Assembly: GCA_965285935.1 (NCBI GenBank)
Contig: OZ260662.1
Span: 78,058,001 to 78,122,000, forward strand
Origin: Ophelia neglecta
Lineage: Eukaryota
Length of the DNA: 64,000 bases
Direction of reading: 5' to 3'
Positions 39,201 to 53,060 of this stretch are shown here, in pieces. How positions within the stretch are numbered: the first letter of the stretch is position 1; every line of letters begins with the position of its first letter. Made by a program: the position numbers and the translations under genes. The notes below the pieces were generated by a model. That model saw nothing but the letters and a program-made list of their open reading frames with translations. It was not told where the DNA came from and ran no database searches.

Positions 39201-39629
39201 TCAGCCACTTAAACACAAGAATGCGAATAGAGTGCACTACTTCTTTTTACGTCTTTATTATGTCCTACGGCTGATTTAATTAAAGCATCCCACTTCACAG
39301 GACCAATCAGACTACAGCTAGTTTATCATTTGACCTTAATGCATTGCTATTATTCGTCCAGCCGAGATAAGAACAGACATGCGCGTGGTTTACAACAAGT
39401 CCTGATTGTAGCTCGGATCAAGGAGACTGGTGTTCTAGATCCGGCTCCATTGCCTATTGAAATATGCTTCTGTGGATTCCGCCTTCTTTCAACAGAATTA
39501 TGCCCGTAGCATTTATAGTCAGTTTTGTTCTTTGTGATTATAATGCCGATTATAACTTTCCGATAAGTACTGGAACGTGAGAATGAACAAAACAATAAAC
39601 CAACGAAAAACGGGCTCTCTCTGAACTCT

Positions 39630-40283
39630 TACCCCGAATGACATTACGCGTACCATTGTTCTTTAATACCGAATGAATTACGCGTACAACTGTACTTTAT
39701 TCCCTAATGACATTACGCGTACCACTGTACTTTATTCCCTTATGACATTAAGCATACCACTGTACTTTGTTACCTAATGACATTAAGCGTAACACTGTAC
39801 TTTATTCTCTAATGGCATTACGCGTACCACTGTGCTTAATTCCCTAATGACATTACGCGTACCACTGTACTTTATTCCCTAAAGACATTACGCGTACCAC
39901 TGTACTTTATTCCCTAATGACATTACGCGTACCACTGTGCTTAATTCCCTTATGACATTAAGCATACCACTGTACTTTATTCCCTAATGACATTACGCGT
40001 AACACTGTACTTTATTCTCTTATGGCATTACGCGTACCACTGTGCTTAAATCCCTAATGATATTACGCGTACCACTGTACTTTATTCCCTAATGACATTA
40101 CGCGTACCACTGTACTTTATTCCCTAATGACATTACGCATACCACTGTACTTTATTCCCTAATGACATTACGCGTAACACTGTATTTTATTCTCTAATGG
40201 CATTACGCGTACCACTGTGCTTAATTCCCTAATGACATTACGCGTACCACTGTACTTTATTCCCTAATGACATTACGCGTAAC
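39630..40283. repeat. Minisatellite, 35 bp unit, about 18.5 copies
   Basis: Consensus TAATGACATTACGCGTACCACTGTACTTTATTCCC in direct tandem with no spacers. Confidence 0.97.
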
Positions 40284-43140
40284 GTTACCATTGTATTTTG
40301 GTCATTTAATAAATAAATTTCCCGTTTTGTATTTTCCCCTTTACTTCATATTTTTCCAACTTGGTTTAATCATGGGATCAATTTACGGTAGCTTAATTAT
40401 GGAGGTAGGTTTCGGCCATATTTTATGCATTTTGCGCACATGTTCAACAGGCCGTGGTGATCATTTCCCATCATTATGATAATGGTTTGAAAAAAAAGGG
40501 GGGGGGGGGAGACGACGTAATTAAACACATATCTGCAAGTTTACCTTCCTCTCGTTTTGTAAATGATTAAATCCGGATGCCGTTAATGCCATTTAGGAGA
40601 AGGAGAAAAAACAGGATGTTAACATCTAGCCTATGCTGATAAATATGTCAAATGAAGAGGTACATTTCACGAATGTATTCGGCTTGTTGAAGCTATCGTG
40701 TTCCACACTTTCTTGGAAAGCATGTCCAATTTATCTTAATTAGGGTAGGGTAAAGGATTGTTTCTGATATCGTAGCACATTTCTTAAAAAGCTTGGGGTT
40801 TTATCTTATCGTGCTCTCATGGCAACCAAGGTTCAATCACACGTACTATCTAATAGACTGTTACAACAGTAACTGTTGCCTGTTTTTTAACAGTTACTTG
40901 TCATTGACTTGGAGAGGTTGGCTTTAAAGTTATATTCCTTTTTAGACATACTGTGGCAAGTAATCCTCGCATCTTCAGTCCGCACCAATTAAGCATACTG
41001 TTAGGCTTAATTACCTATTTTAAGGAAACGGAAACCTGTTATATTTTTAAAAAAGAATTATCTATGCCTACACGCAATATAAATAATATATTCCAAAGGT
41101 TTATCGGTCTTTACAATATGAGGTTTAAGGGTTGGATGACTAGATCGAACTCAACAAAATAGTGATAACTTTTACTAGCCTTCTTGCCACATGTTTTAAA
41201 AATGTAGCCATAATATCAAATTTATGCCTACCAACAAGTGGCTATTCCGTACAGTTTCTTTTAATTGGCGCCACAGGTTCTACAGGTTCTAGGAGCATCT
41301 GAGCAGCGCCACCGGAAATTCGATTATATATGTAGTTAATCTTGTGCTATGTTTTTTGTCTTGTCGCATCAATCCTACTTCTCGGCTATGTATTTAATAG
41401 AATTAAGAACGGTAGGCCTACACATCTGTTGTAGAAGATAAAACGAAGGGACGAACTAATGTACACTTGGCTCAGATATTCATGCCGTTGATTTTATCGC
41501 TCAGAATCTGATCATTAGGGTTGGGGGACTTTTTGGGCATTAAGGGTTGGGGGTATGGATGCATAAGTCATAGAAATGGCTTTCCCGAACCTTCGACCGT
41601 CTGTGCAACTGGGCTAATTTGACAAAACAACATACACATTAAAATAATTTAAAACGCCAATTGTCAGGTTATTTAAGGCTTAACAAGCCCGTAAATCACA
41701 AAAATTGTGAATACTCTGTATGAGCGTACTGATAAACAACTGATTTTAACTCAGTTGGAGCAACCCAGAACAAGATGAGGTACCTCAAACTAAGATTCCC
41801 ATAAAATGCGAGTATTCCTAATAGATCCAGAAAAAATTCAAAACTCAAAAACTAACAAAATGAGTAAATTGAATTAAAACTTCTCCTGATCGCTAAAAAC
41901 ACAAAAGATGAGCATTCTGTTCACTAGGAACCACTTCCAAGTTAACTAAAATAATGAAAGACAGTTAATTGGCCTGGTGGTGTTGAATGAACATAATTCT
42001 ACGTCTGAGAAAATTAAAGTGCGTTTGCAACAGCTGGCATTTGGCGGCCGAAGGTCAATGAAGCAGATATTGATCGCAATCTATCATACGTATTGATTCC
42101 TGGCAATTTGGCGGCCAACCCTTTCCCACGGGAGCTGCCTAGTGGACCAGTTACATTAATGAGTGTGTTGATTAATTACCATAGATTTGACGCAGCATTT
42201 GCAGTATCAGAATACACTGTTTGGTACGCATATCAATACCAAATAAGGCCATACCCATCTTGTTCGCGGAGCGCGTGCAGGGATATATATATTTAGGTCA
42301 CTGCAGAGCAATACCTCCAAATCTCTGAGCTCAAGGCCTACAAGTTTCAACTGACAATGCTCAACTGACGCTCTCTGCTTCAAAGAGGGAGGAGGCCAAT
42401 ATTTGATTGGCCTGTTAACTTCATCCCCCTCCATCACCCTCCTACCTACTTGAAATATGTCTTGAGGTAACCGTGTCATGGGACCTAGAGGCCCTAGGGC
42501 CGCGGAGTCAAATGAAAGCTCGGAGAAATATGATAGTGCATGGCAAGCGGTCTACTTCTGGCTTGAATTTTATGAGGGTATTGCAATAAGAAATTCGCAA
42601 GACTGATGCGGAATCGTGCACTATGACAGACTTAACAGAAATGATGAGTATAAATCTCCAGATTATCCCGTCTAAGTAAATATGTTCATGATGTTGTAAA
42701 TCTGCCATGTGCAGATAAAATTACCTGGTCTATTTCAGAGAACTATCAGAGAGTTTATTAGCTATACGACGAGCCATACATTGAGGCAGACTGAGAAAAA
42801 AACCAAACAGATTTACAAGACATTCTACCGATATGAACCACCGCCTTGTTACCGTGGAATTGGGTCATATCACGTGTGTAATTCCACTTAAGTAGGGAGA
42901 TGTGGGTATTTCCGGTCACATTTGTCATGCTGATAATGTCATTAGGTATGAAATATGTCTATAGCAGCTTTCTATTTGTAGTCAGTGTCCCTGTATAAAG
43001 CCTGTTTTGTCTAATAAGATGTTTTCTAAAATTTGCTGGAGAAAATCATTTGTTAAAAACGACCTTATTTGCACAAGAAACGTTGTCGGACGGATGTTAT
43101 TACGGCCACTTTTTTGGGCAAATTCTGTCATTTGGAACAA

Positions 43141-43516
43141 GGACTTGATTAAGGTCCTGGTTTCATGTCTAACCCAGGGCTTGGTTCAGGTCCTGGTTTC
43201 ATTTCTAACCCAGGGCTTGATTCAGGTCCTGGTTTCATGTCTAACCCAGGGCTTGATTCCAGTCCTGGTTTCATTTCTAACCCAGGGCTTGATTCGTGTC
43301 CTGGCTTCATTTCTAACCCAGGACTTGATTCAGGTCCTGGTTTCATATCTAACCCAGGGCTTGATTCAGGTCCTGGTTTCATTTCGAAACATGATTTGAT
43401 TCGTGCCCTGGTTTCATTTCTAACCCAGGACTTGATTCGGGCCCTGGTTTCATTTATAACCCAGGACTTGATTCAGGTCCTGGTTTCATTTCTAACCCAG
43501 GACTTGATTCAGGTCC
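43141..43516. repeat. Minisatellite, 36 bp unit, about 10.5 copies
   Basis: Consensus CTTGATTCAGGTCCTGGTTTCATTTCTAACCCAGGG. It explains the repetitive ORFs at 43007-43599. One altered unit at about 43381-43395 shifts the frame. Confidence 0.96.
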
Positions 43517-44694
43517 TCCCTTCCGAGCACTCTGTTGTTTGGTTTGTTCTGGGTTTCGACCAGTACCAACACCAGCAAATATCCATCACCACAGCGTAGG
43601 CCCACATATTTAGAGAAGGTCGTGTGGGTGGATGTGGCTGTTTTGTACCTTGCCAAATCCTTTGAATACACAGGATTTGACAATCAAGTTACAAAACAGC
43701 TGCTATCATCAATATTGTTCATAATGAAATATTCGGGCAATCTTCACATTCCAATCCCGGTAGGTGAAAAATTGAAAAGATCCATTTGTGATCTTGAATG
43801 CGACCGTGGTCTGATTTTAAGGCCAAGTGGCTCATGTAACTGAATTCCTCCCTTTATTTTATCTCTGTGTAGAAGGTGGTTGTCAATGTTAAATATATAT
43901 TAGGCCTATAACCGTTTGGCTGTCGACAGGGAGGAGCATGGATCATTTAGGCTACTGTTTCAATTATAAGGGGGTCATCTATTGAACTTCAATTGACTAA
44001 TGATTCTACTATTTGCCTTCTATAATTTTCCTCCATATAAGCCTGAAATAAGTTAGCATGTGTTAAGCATGCAGCACCCATCAACCTGGTATTCAGCTAG
44101 ATTTCATTTAATAAAACAGCAAGACTTCATTCAGTAACAAAACTGATAGAATTCTTCCTAGGCAAACGCGTTTTTTCAAAAGTAAAGCTGACTTCATTTT
44201 CACCACAATTGAAAGATAGTTTCGTGTGAGATTACTACAGAAAAGATAAAGATAAAAGTAATATTGTTAACGGTCACCTTGATGGACATAACGGTCATCA
44301 TGTCGGACATGACGGCCACCGGCATCCCATGCAGGGGGGGAGGGGGGAGGGGGGCACTTGCCCTGAAAATGTTAACCTATATAATGTGCCCTGTCAACTA
44401 TAAATAAAAGACAGGATCAGTCTTCAGTGAACCCCAAATTTGAAGGGTCAAAACTCTGTATGATAACTAATGATAGGGTCAGATCTCAACACTAAAACTA
44501 TTTAGATTCTACATTCTATATAATAATAGGTAATTGTGTCGTAAATTACAAACGGTTCGCCCCCCATTTTTTTAGGCAACAGATTGCTCCGTAGTGATCG
44601 ACGGTTTAAAGGGATGGGCGCGATATAAAGGTTTGAACAATGCATTTTTGCGTGAAGGGCATCGCGAGGTTCCCGAACGTTGGTCTGTCGATGT

Positions 44695-44791
44695 GTCGTC
44701 CGTTTTCCGTCATGTCGTAAACAAAAGTTGCTTCCCGAAAGTTCGTCTGCTGGGCTGTTGCGTCGTCCGCTTTCCGTCATGTCGTTAACAA
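44695..44791. repeat. Short direct repeat (2 x about 30 bp), possibly part of a non-autonomous element
   Basis: gtcgtccgYtttccgtcatgtcgtWaacaa at about 44695 and 44762. Confidence 0.7.
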
Positions 44792-45304
44792 GATATGGTG
44801 CTATCGGTAACAAACAAACGGTTGCAAAGCTCATACCGCCAGCCAGTAGAGGTCATTAAACATGCCGCTTTCGAGTTTCGTAGCCTTCTTTTGGAGCATA
44901 TATAGTCTTTCAAAATGAGTAAACACGTCAGATTTTAATCAAGGGCCAGGTAGGGAGGAGATTTTCACTGTATTTGCATGCTTTCCATTTTGCCGATTTA
45001 ACTACCTCCGATATGACATTGAAAAATTCTGTTTTAGTACCGGAGACATTTCCGCCCACTTTCACGGGTTGGAAATCACCGTTGCTTTTTTTCTACTAAA
45101 ATAGAATTAAGTTGCCGTCTGTTACAATCCTGTTACACCTTCGCCCTATTCCAAAGCGCATAGGCCTTTGCTGCATACACTTTTCTGCGACAGATGCATG
45201 CCCGTGAGGGTAACTTGTGCTTACAACTGAGAGTAAGACTGCAGTGCCACCAGGGCCTACACGTGCAAGCATGCATCCCATTTCTGTTGATTCTGAAGCG
45301 GTGT

Positions 45305-45680
45305 ATAGGGGAGGCCAGGAGGGAGGAAGTGGATGGAAGAAGAGGGAAAGGGAAGATGGAGGGGAGGGAGGCGGCAGGACGGGGGGCTGTATTTAAGACT
45401 ATACAGCAAAGGACCAGGGCCGGAGTAGGAGGGGGCAGGAGTGGGAGGAGGCAGGAGTGGAAGGTGGCAAGAGGGAAAGGAAAGTGGGGGGGGGGGGGCG
45501 GAGAGGGATGAATGAGGGGAGGGCATGACTGTGAGAGGTAAGTAGGACAGGGATCGAAGCAGTGGGAGGGTGGCATAGGGGGAGGCTGAAGTGAGAGGGA
45601 AGAGCCAGGAAAGAATGGGAGAGAGGGCGGTGGGCAGGACAATGGCCAGTGTGGTGAGGTAAGAGTGGAGGAAGGAGCCC
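45305..45680 (+). repeat. Purine/G-rich low-complexity tract
   Basis: About 375 bp dominated by G and A on the + strand with many GGG runs. It is the source of the Pro-rich minus-strand ORFs. Confidence 0.85.
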
Positions 45681-46381
45681 ATGACGGGTTCAGGAATTGC
45701 CGGTATAGCAATGCAAACGTTGTGCTAGGTAGCGGCATTTTGTTTTTTTCTAACACGAATCAAAAATCTGTCTACTATCCGCTTGGTTATGATATCACAT
45801 GGTTAGTCATCCATGAGAGTTGGGGGATGGAGTTATTTGCCCGGATTTTTGTTATCCATTTTTAAGAGTCGTGAGTTATATTTTTATATTGCGAGAATGT
45901 AACTTTTATGGTATTTTATTTGCACCCTCTGAATGAATGAAATAAAGTGTAAAACTGCGCTTCAATGAGTTAAATTTTCATAGTTCTACATCTTTTACAC
46001 TTTTTTTCTTACTTTTTTTTTTCTTTTTTTTTTCTTACCCAACGTTAGTCGCAAATGTAATCAGCTGCGATATTCATTGCGGTTGCCCACGTGTGATTGC
46101 TAATCATTATAACTATTATTTCCAAAAAAGGGGCCAAAATTTTACATCATATTGCTAAAACGGAAGGGACAATGCTGCGGCACATATGTATATACCGATT
46201 TTAGAAAGCGTAAAATTTACACAAATTTGGATAATATATCATTTAACTGTCCTTTCTTGTCTGTTCATGTTTTTTTCAGTTGGAAGGACACTTTTTTAAT
46301 ACCTAAGATTTATAGGCCAATAGTCTACTTGTAAACAGGTTATGAAGAAAATGCATTTCGTGTAATAATTCAAAAGCTATT

Positions 46382-46482
46382 TTCGGACAGACGGACCTAC
46401 GGACGGACGGACCTTTGGACAAATGGAACTTCGGACAAACGGACCTACGGACTACGAGCCATCGGACATACGAACCGTTCCC
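46382..46482. mobile_element. Solo terminus of a foldback/MULE-like DNA transposon with about 15-bp subterminal tandem repeats
   Basis: Six or seven imperfect copies of TCGGACAAACGGACC ending in GAACCGTTCCC. No matching opposite end seen in the window. The family assignment is an inference. Confidence 0.5.
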
Positions 46483-46735
46483 TGAGGAAATAAAGAACTC
46501 GAGCATGATTCGTCACGGTAGGTAAGCAGGATTTCTCATCGTTAGGGCAGGCATGCGCCTTATCATTTAAAACGACCCTCGTTTGGCCTCGTTTGATGTC
46601 CAAGATTGCGCACTTCCGCTGTCTGTGCACGTAGCGCCTGGATACATGACCTGAAAGCCCACCACCGTGCTACTACCGCCGTGATCTCCAAGGAATTAGC
46701 AGGCATCGGCCACGGATATGCTGCAAGTATAAATA

Positions 46736-46912
46736 CATTGAAACCTGCCTTAAAGACCACCTCTATAATCAGACCACCTGTCAATTCAGACCACTCATTT
46801 GAAGACCGTGCTGCATACTTCAGTGTTAAAGAACCTGTCTAAACAGACCACCTCCAAAATCAGACCAACATTTTCCAGTCCCTTTGGTGGTCTTAATTCA
46901 CAGGTTTCACTG
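46736..46912. mobile_element. Tc1/mariner (pogo/Tigger-like) MITE, 177 bp
   Basis: TA|CATTGAAACCTGCCTTAAAGACCACC ... GGTGGTCTTAATTCACAGGTTTCACTG|TA: terminal inverted repeats, TA target-site duplication and internal AGACCAC(C) repeats. Confidence 0.88.
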
Positions 46913-49888
46913 TAAGTGTGTTTGTGTTTGTTTATTGGGTTATAAGTGTAATACATTCTAATTTGTTGTCTTCTGCTTAATTACACACTGTGGTTAATTT
47001 CTATTCATTTAACAATAGAGACAGTATATAAAAACTAATAAAAAAAACTGGAAACCAGTCTATAATTGGCCATTTAGTTGGTTCGATCCGTGGTCCACTA
47101 AAATTCCGTATCCGTACATGAAGCGGAATTCAACTTTTAGCGTATTTCACAGTTAAGGGGTTGGGTTGCGTCGACAACTTGACTAATGTTTCGAAGGCCC
47201 ACGGGAATTTAGGGGAGATGGTTTTATAACGTCATGTGCATTTCACGACTGTGAAATGTATTTAATGGCGTCTTGTGGTCTATGTGTGTTTCGCGGATGT
47301 GAACATTTGTCCAACTTTCTTGTTAACAATGCAAGAGAATAAGTATTTTGAGTCGATAAATTTAAGAAAAGCTCTAGTAAGTAGCCTTGGTCGTTTTAAT
47401 TTAAGAAAAGGATGAATGCCAGAATGTACCTTCTGTCCGTGATCGTCCACATATAGCCGCCTTTACCCACATGCCATGCGCCTTTTTATTTTTAAATGGG
47501 TTATTCCTGCATTTTGATTATTTTTGGATTCCATTTCCAATAGGCCTAATGTTAATAAGGTTAAAAAGATTGAGAGCTGGATTAATTTATGTGAGGATTG
47601 GCTAAGCCGTGATCAGAAAGTAAACCAGTTTACCTTCAGGCCCACTCGTGCACTACGATTGGCAGCTGAATCGAAGGCCTATTTTTACCAAAGAAATATG
47701 AAATGAAGATTAATTAGGCCTATATTATACACTAAGGCAATCTATCTATATTACGGGGGCAATGTCTCAGTGGGGTTAGTAAATGACATTAGGACGGAGC
47801 AAAGGAGACCGCCTTAGTGGCTAGAAGATTACCGAATTACTGAAAGTTAGGACACTCATTGAAATGCTAATCACCACCGTTATTGGTTTCTCATGCATAG
47901 GCCTTCTTTTCCTGAAGCAATTGTTTGTAGAAATTGGGTCGGATATGACGAAACTGCACGACAAAAATAAAAAATGCAGGCGCAGGACTGGTATGTATCT
48001 ATATGGAAAATGATCAGCCAGGGTGCAGCTGGTGGTAACTTTCAACTCGCTGATCTATACTCATTTCCATACAGCTGCAATATAAAAATATTATTCTTAG
48101 AAGCAAGAGAGTTGAAAACCCCGTAGGAAGAAAGGTAATTCCCTTTCAGATCTATAGTGCCTATCGGGTGACTGCTTTGATGGATCGTTCAAAAAGCTAT
48201 CTGTAAAAATGAGTGGACAATTTTAAGGGCAAATCCCTATAAAATTAATACAAAGCAGTTACACACAAAACAATAGCTGCCGAGGCAGCCAGAAACCCGG
48301 ATCTGATACATTCAAAGGAATATGCCTGTTTTCGAAGAAAACTGAATTTGAAGAAATATATTCATTTCTCTGTTCTTCATGGGCCCATAGGCCTATATGA
48401 GATATTATTCTGGATGAGAGCAAATCTAGCATTCAACGAACACATGGATCAAGTTATAGGCAAAGTTAATCGGTTGCTAGGAGGTCCTGCCTGCCAGTAT
48501 GTTTGGATATGAAAACCCTCCCGTCTGGTATGAAGCAGCCAGAAGTGGCGTATATCATAGAGAATCACCCGCGGCAAAACAATCAAAGGAGCAGTAGCTG
48601 TCGATAAACCACCAGAATTTAACCGCGCGGCTTCAGCCACTGAAACAAAGAAGGGCCACTTTTAACTGGCTTGGCATGAGGATCGAAGCCTCGTAAAATT
48701 CAAATCACGGACAGCTGGGATTTATATCCGCGAGACTTGAGGCACGACAAAATACTGATAATAGATTGCTTTGTTCTTAACGACACCCAGAGAAGAGAAA
48801 TCCGTCAAATAGGTATCCCAACTAATCAAACCAATTAAATACTAAGTTCATGACGTGGACATGGTTAATCTTGGCAATTAATAAAACTCCCTTTGGGGGA
48901 AATTCCTATAAGCAAGCATTTCGTTGTCAAAACTTCCTACCGAATAGGAATCTGGCAATATTACTTATAGGGTGAATCGGAAAACGGGTTAGACGCATTT
49001 TTTCTGATTCATTTTTTTTGTTATTATTTTCAATCATTTAAAAATATGAAAACTTAATAAAATATGGTTTCTTTTGCGAAATTCCTGCTAATAGGCCCAG
49101 TGGCATAGAAAAGGCCGACATAATTGAGTCGTGTTGGATAAGAATCATTGTGGCCCAAATTGAGTTTCTAAGCATTCATTTCCAAATCACTGGTTTAAAT
49201 GTTTTTTGTTGTTGTTTTAAAATCATTTGGATATTTCTTTTAATGGTAATAACTTTAATTGCTTCTGCAAAGGTTTAAGATACCATTAATTTGAGACCCT
49301 GTCAATTTATGTTGTGGTTGAAACCAGCGTGACTTCTACTTCTTTCTGCTAGGGTGCAGCACTTTCAAAACTTTTGACACATTCTGAAGAGAACTATTCC
49401 CACAGTAGGCCTATAGCTCAATTATTATAATATTATAGGCCCTATGTAATAAACTATCGTGGATACAGATATGATCTGTAGTAGAATCTATAAACAATAC
49501 TCCTAAGAGGCGAGTAGGACCTGGAGGCAATGTTTCAAAACTGAGCATGCTTTGATCAAACAGTGTTAGTTTTGACAATGCTGAAAATTGGCTGGGTTTC
49601 CAAGGAAACCAGGAAAAATCTGTATGATGAAACATTTTTTCTGACCACATCCCTATTTTCCAGTTATCGGACATGTTTGGAAAAATATTAGATGTAACCA
49701 GTTCTACCCTGGGTAGGTGTAACTTTCTAGGCCTCGCTTTTTCAGTTTGGCCACTACACTGAAACAATTCCACCTAAAGTGCACTTATCCCTGGAATATA
49801 TATCCACTTCCAGCTCTGGTCACCTTGGTGCATTTCTAGCGAAATCCATGCTAATTAGCCTATCATTGTCATTTGCCACTCATACCAG

Positions 49889-50111
49889 TCAGGGGGCCTG
49901 CCCCCCCCCCCCCCCCCCCACCTCACCAGGCTCCCAAAACAAAGGCAACTAGACGTATGTATATGTAACTTATATGGCAACCCCCCCCCCCCCCCCCCCG
50001 CCATACAATTCCTCCACATGGAGTGCCCCCCCCCCCTCCCCCCGCTTTTCAATTCCTCCATACGGAGTGCACCCCACCCCAACCCCCTGGTCACTCCTGG
50101 ATCCGGCCCAG
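49889..50111. mobile_element. Degenerate PIF/Harbinger-type MITE remnant with poly-C runs
   Basis: Poly-C tracts ending in CCTGGATCCGGCCCAG, resembling the GGGGCGGATCCAGG-type TIR common in invertebrate MITEs. Confidence 0.35.
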
Positions 50112-50364
50112 CTAGTCAGTATTATGTGGTATATAGACATGAAGTATTACGACGGTTACATAATGTGATCATAGACCTGCAAAACTCGTAATAGTTCACT
50201 TCTTACGGATCCAAATTTTGAGCACACCGCTAAAAAACTGCAATTTTCCAATGCAAATAATAAAGACAATGCCAAACTTGTTGAGTTTTCCTTCAAAAAA
50301 GAAAAATGAAACCTATGCCTACGCATTTTCTGATGCACAATGTGTAAGCGACGTATAATGATAC

Positions 50365-50365
<1 letters not shown>

Positions 50366-50399
<34 letters not shown>
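50366..50399. repeat. (AG)17 microsatellite
   Basis: Perfect dinucleotide run. Confidence 0.95.
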
Positions 50400-50402
<3 letters not shown>

Positions 50403-52744
50403 GAGGCGCGGTTCATAATCACAGTGATCGTTTAGCGAGCATCAACGCGATGACTTGACTTAATATGCCATGACAGTTCTCCAATAATGGGAACGATAAC
50501 AAAAATTGATGGACCGAATTTAACAATGGAAGCAGGTTTATAATTGTTAGACCTTGAAACTGCTAGGGTTTTCTTTAACCGAAAGTTCCTATATCTTACG
50601 ATCACCTTAGTTAGAAAGATAGGCTATAAGAGCAGATGCCATGTAAACTAATGATCTACTATAATTACTTGGTTTCGTTCCTTTCAGTTTGTTTGGATAA
50701 CCAAAAATTATAAATTAGCAATTTCAGTGGCATGAGATATCGTCTCAAGGTAACTCCAATTTCTTTGGAATGAGCGGAATGAAGTGAGAAGAAAGAGATA
50801 ACACGACTGCCATCTGTGGAGGATATTTGGTCTTCAGAATGTGATTACCAAATTTAGTTGGAATGTATACCCATTAGGGTCCCGAGGCATAAAAACGCCG
50901 AGATAATGGAAAGTGTTATCTTTAGGGACAGACCAAATTCCTAACAAGGCGAAGTAATGTTTAGATTTGCGACAAACATAAGCCCAATGGAAACGGAAGT
51001 AGAACTACCGAACGCGTCATACAATATGTCCAATTTGGGAGCGATAAAGTTGTGATGGCGCTGTGATTTGGTGGAAAATGATGCGTTCTACTTATACCCT
51101 CTGGCCCCTTCCACCGGCCATTAACTGGCTATTGGACCGTGCTCCGTGGGTCGGCGAGTCCCTAGTCGAGTAGCTTGGACTTACTAAATGGCCCACCATT
51201 GCCTCCCCTGGGACTCGGTAATACGGCTACCGGGAGACAAACCGCACGGTCAAACAGCACATTATTTCGCCATAATGCGCTGGCTAAACCAATTTGCTGC
51301 CGTGACAATCACAAAGAATCCAATTGCTGTGCTGCTTTGTGGCTCTCTTAAACGGCAGCCCCAATTCATCTCGTTAACGCCAGCAATGTGGCCAATGCCA
51401 CTCTCAGTTTATTAAGCAAGGACACAGACTCGGAGAAAACCTTCCCCGAATTTAAGAACCACGTCAGCCGATCAACAGATTGCAAAAATTGATGTCTCCT
51501 CTTAGAAGGTAGATTTGAATATTTTAGACGTTCGTGTTATTTTGACCGGGCTGTGCATCGACTGCCTGCAGTCATACAAAAATTAAATCTATTCTAAAAA
51601 CCCTAAGATCATATTTTACAAATACATGATCAGTTGCTTTTTGGAATATGGTAACTCTTAAGAGTATAAATGTTTTTTTTTCCAAATGATCGATGCTCAT
51701 CCATGATGGGCACATTTCTGTTGCTCTGAGAAATAGGCTAATACTATATCAACTGCAGCCACAAACCCCTAGTTACTTTCCGATGACATTTATGCGTATA
51801 TAATGGCCTGTCCACGGCCAGTCATTCATCCGCTCGATAAAGCGCAGACAGCTGATAGAGATTAATAAGATTAAGGTAATTACGATAATGGAGTACGTGA
51901 CTTCTTCATACATCAAATACCGTAAAAGTATACGAGCGAAACTGTATAGGCGCTAGGTGCACACGTTTTATACTGGTAGACCAGATGCTTTTCAGATGCA
52001 AAGTAAAGACGGAGACTGTGCACTTTAGAACCGACGGGAAAGCTCTCCTGGGAACAGTTCTTCACGGGCGATTTTCTGGCCGCTTCAGGCAAGATTGTCC
52101 ATGCACAAGTCGGCTATTAAAAAACTTGGTATCGTTGATCAGTGTAAGTCCTTCTATGGTCATTTTATATTACATGTTTTGAACCATATGAATTCAAATG
52201 CTTCTAAAGCTTCACCTCTTTTTATTTATTTGGTAACTATATTAACGTTAGTATCACACGTTTTTTCCTCAAAAGAAAATTGATGGGCCTAATTGTATTA
52301 CGTTTTGGACACGTCCAGGTGGGTCATAGACCGAATGAACTAAGCAACCTAATTTGCACATGTATAGGAGGTATAAATACCCTGTCGAATAACGGCCGTC
52401 TACATATACAGGAGGTATTATACCTTCCCATCACATACATGTCGCAAGGTGCAATGATAAGTTTTTACCCCATAAGAAACTAATTGAAACCGGCGACTGA
52501 AGAAGAAAGACAACACTGAACGATGCGTAAATTACCGGTGATTAAGGCGGCGCAAAAATCTTATTTTAGCCAAATATCCCCTTAATTAAGCACATATTAC
52601 CCCCATGACGACGATAACATGACGCTGGTCTTTTGTTCCTCGTCTGTTGTCTACGCGGTACAACACAACAGAAGCTATTTATAAAACCTTAATTCTGAAT
52701 GCAAAACAAAACTAAACTAAGTATTAACATAGCTTTATCCTTTA

Positions 52745-53060
52745 TATATTTGATTTGAAGATATTTATTTGGAACAATATCCAGGACGCCAACGTATAGC
52801 CATATGGCCGTTGGAGTTGGACGCCCTACACTACTACAAGAACATATACAAAAACAGTTGATTGATTGATTGATTTATTTTTGTCATGTAAACATCACAA
52901 TATAGTATAAAGTATAAAAACAAGAGGTGTTGGCACATAGACAAGCAAAATAGCAAAATATAACTGGCATAAAGGGAAACCTCAGGTAATACACCCACAT
53001 TACATGACAGGATAGCACCTAAAGGCTAATTAAGTCTTATTTCTAAGGAAGTCCTACAAA
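52745..53060 (-). mobile_element. Two adjacent LINE (L2/Crack/CR1-like) 3' ends
   Basis: The minus strand reads ggacttccttagaaataag..ctttaggtgctatcctg..AATAAA(TCAA)4 ending about 52857. A second stem-loop follows (ggcgtccaac..gttggcgtcc) with AATAAA ending about 52750. Confidence 0.55.

Noticed and set aside
39385-39450. tRNA gene or tRNA-SINE head (also B-box-like hits near 47080 and 56906)
   Set aside because: Only degenerate T-arm/B-box similarity, with no cloverleaf or properly spaced A box.
39630-43516. 35- and 36-bp repeats as CRISPR arrays
   Set aside because: The units are contiguous with no unique spacers, there are no cas genes, and the context is eukaryotic.
45133-45756. Pro/Ser-rich 207-aa and 141-aa ORFs
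   Set aside because: By-products of the low-complexity purine tract.
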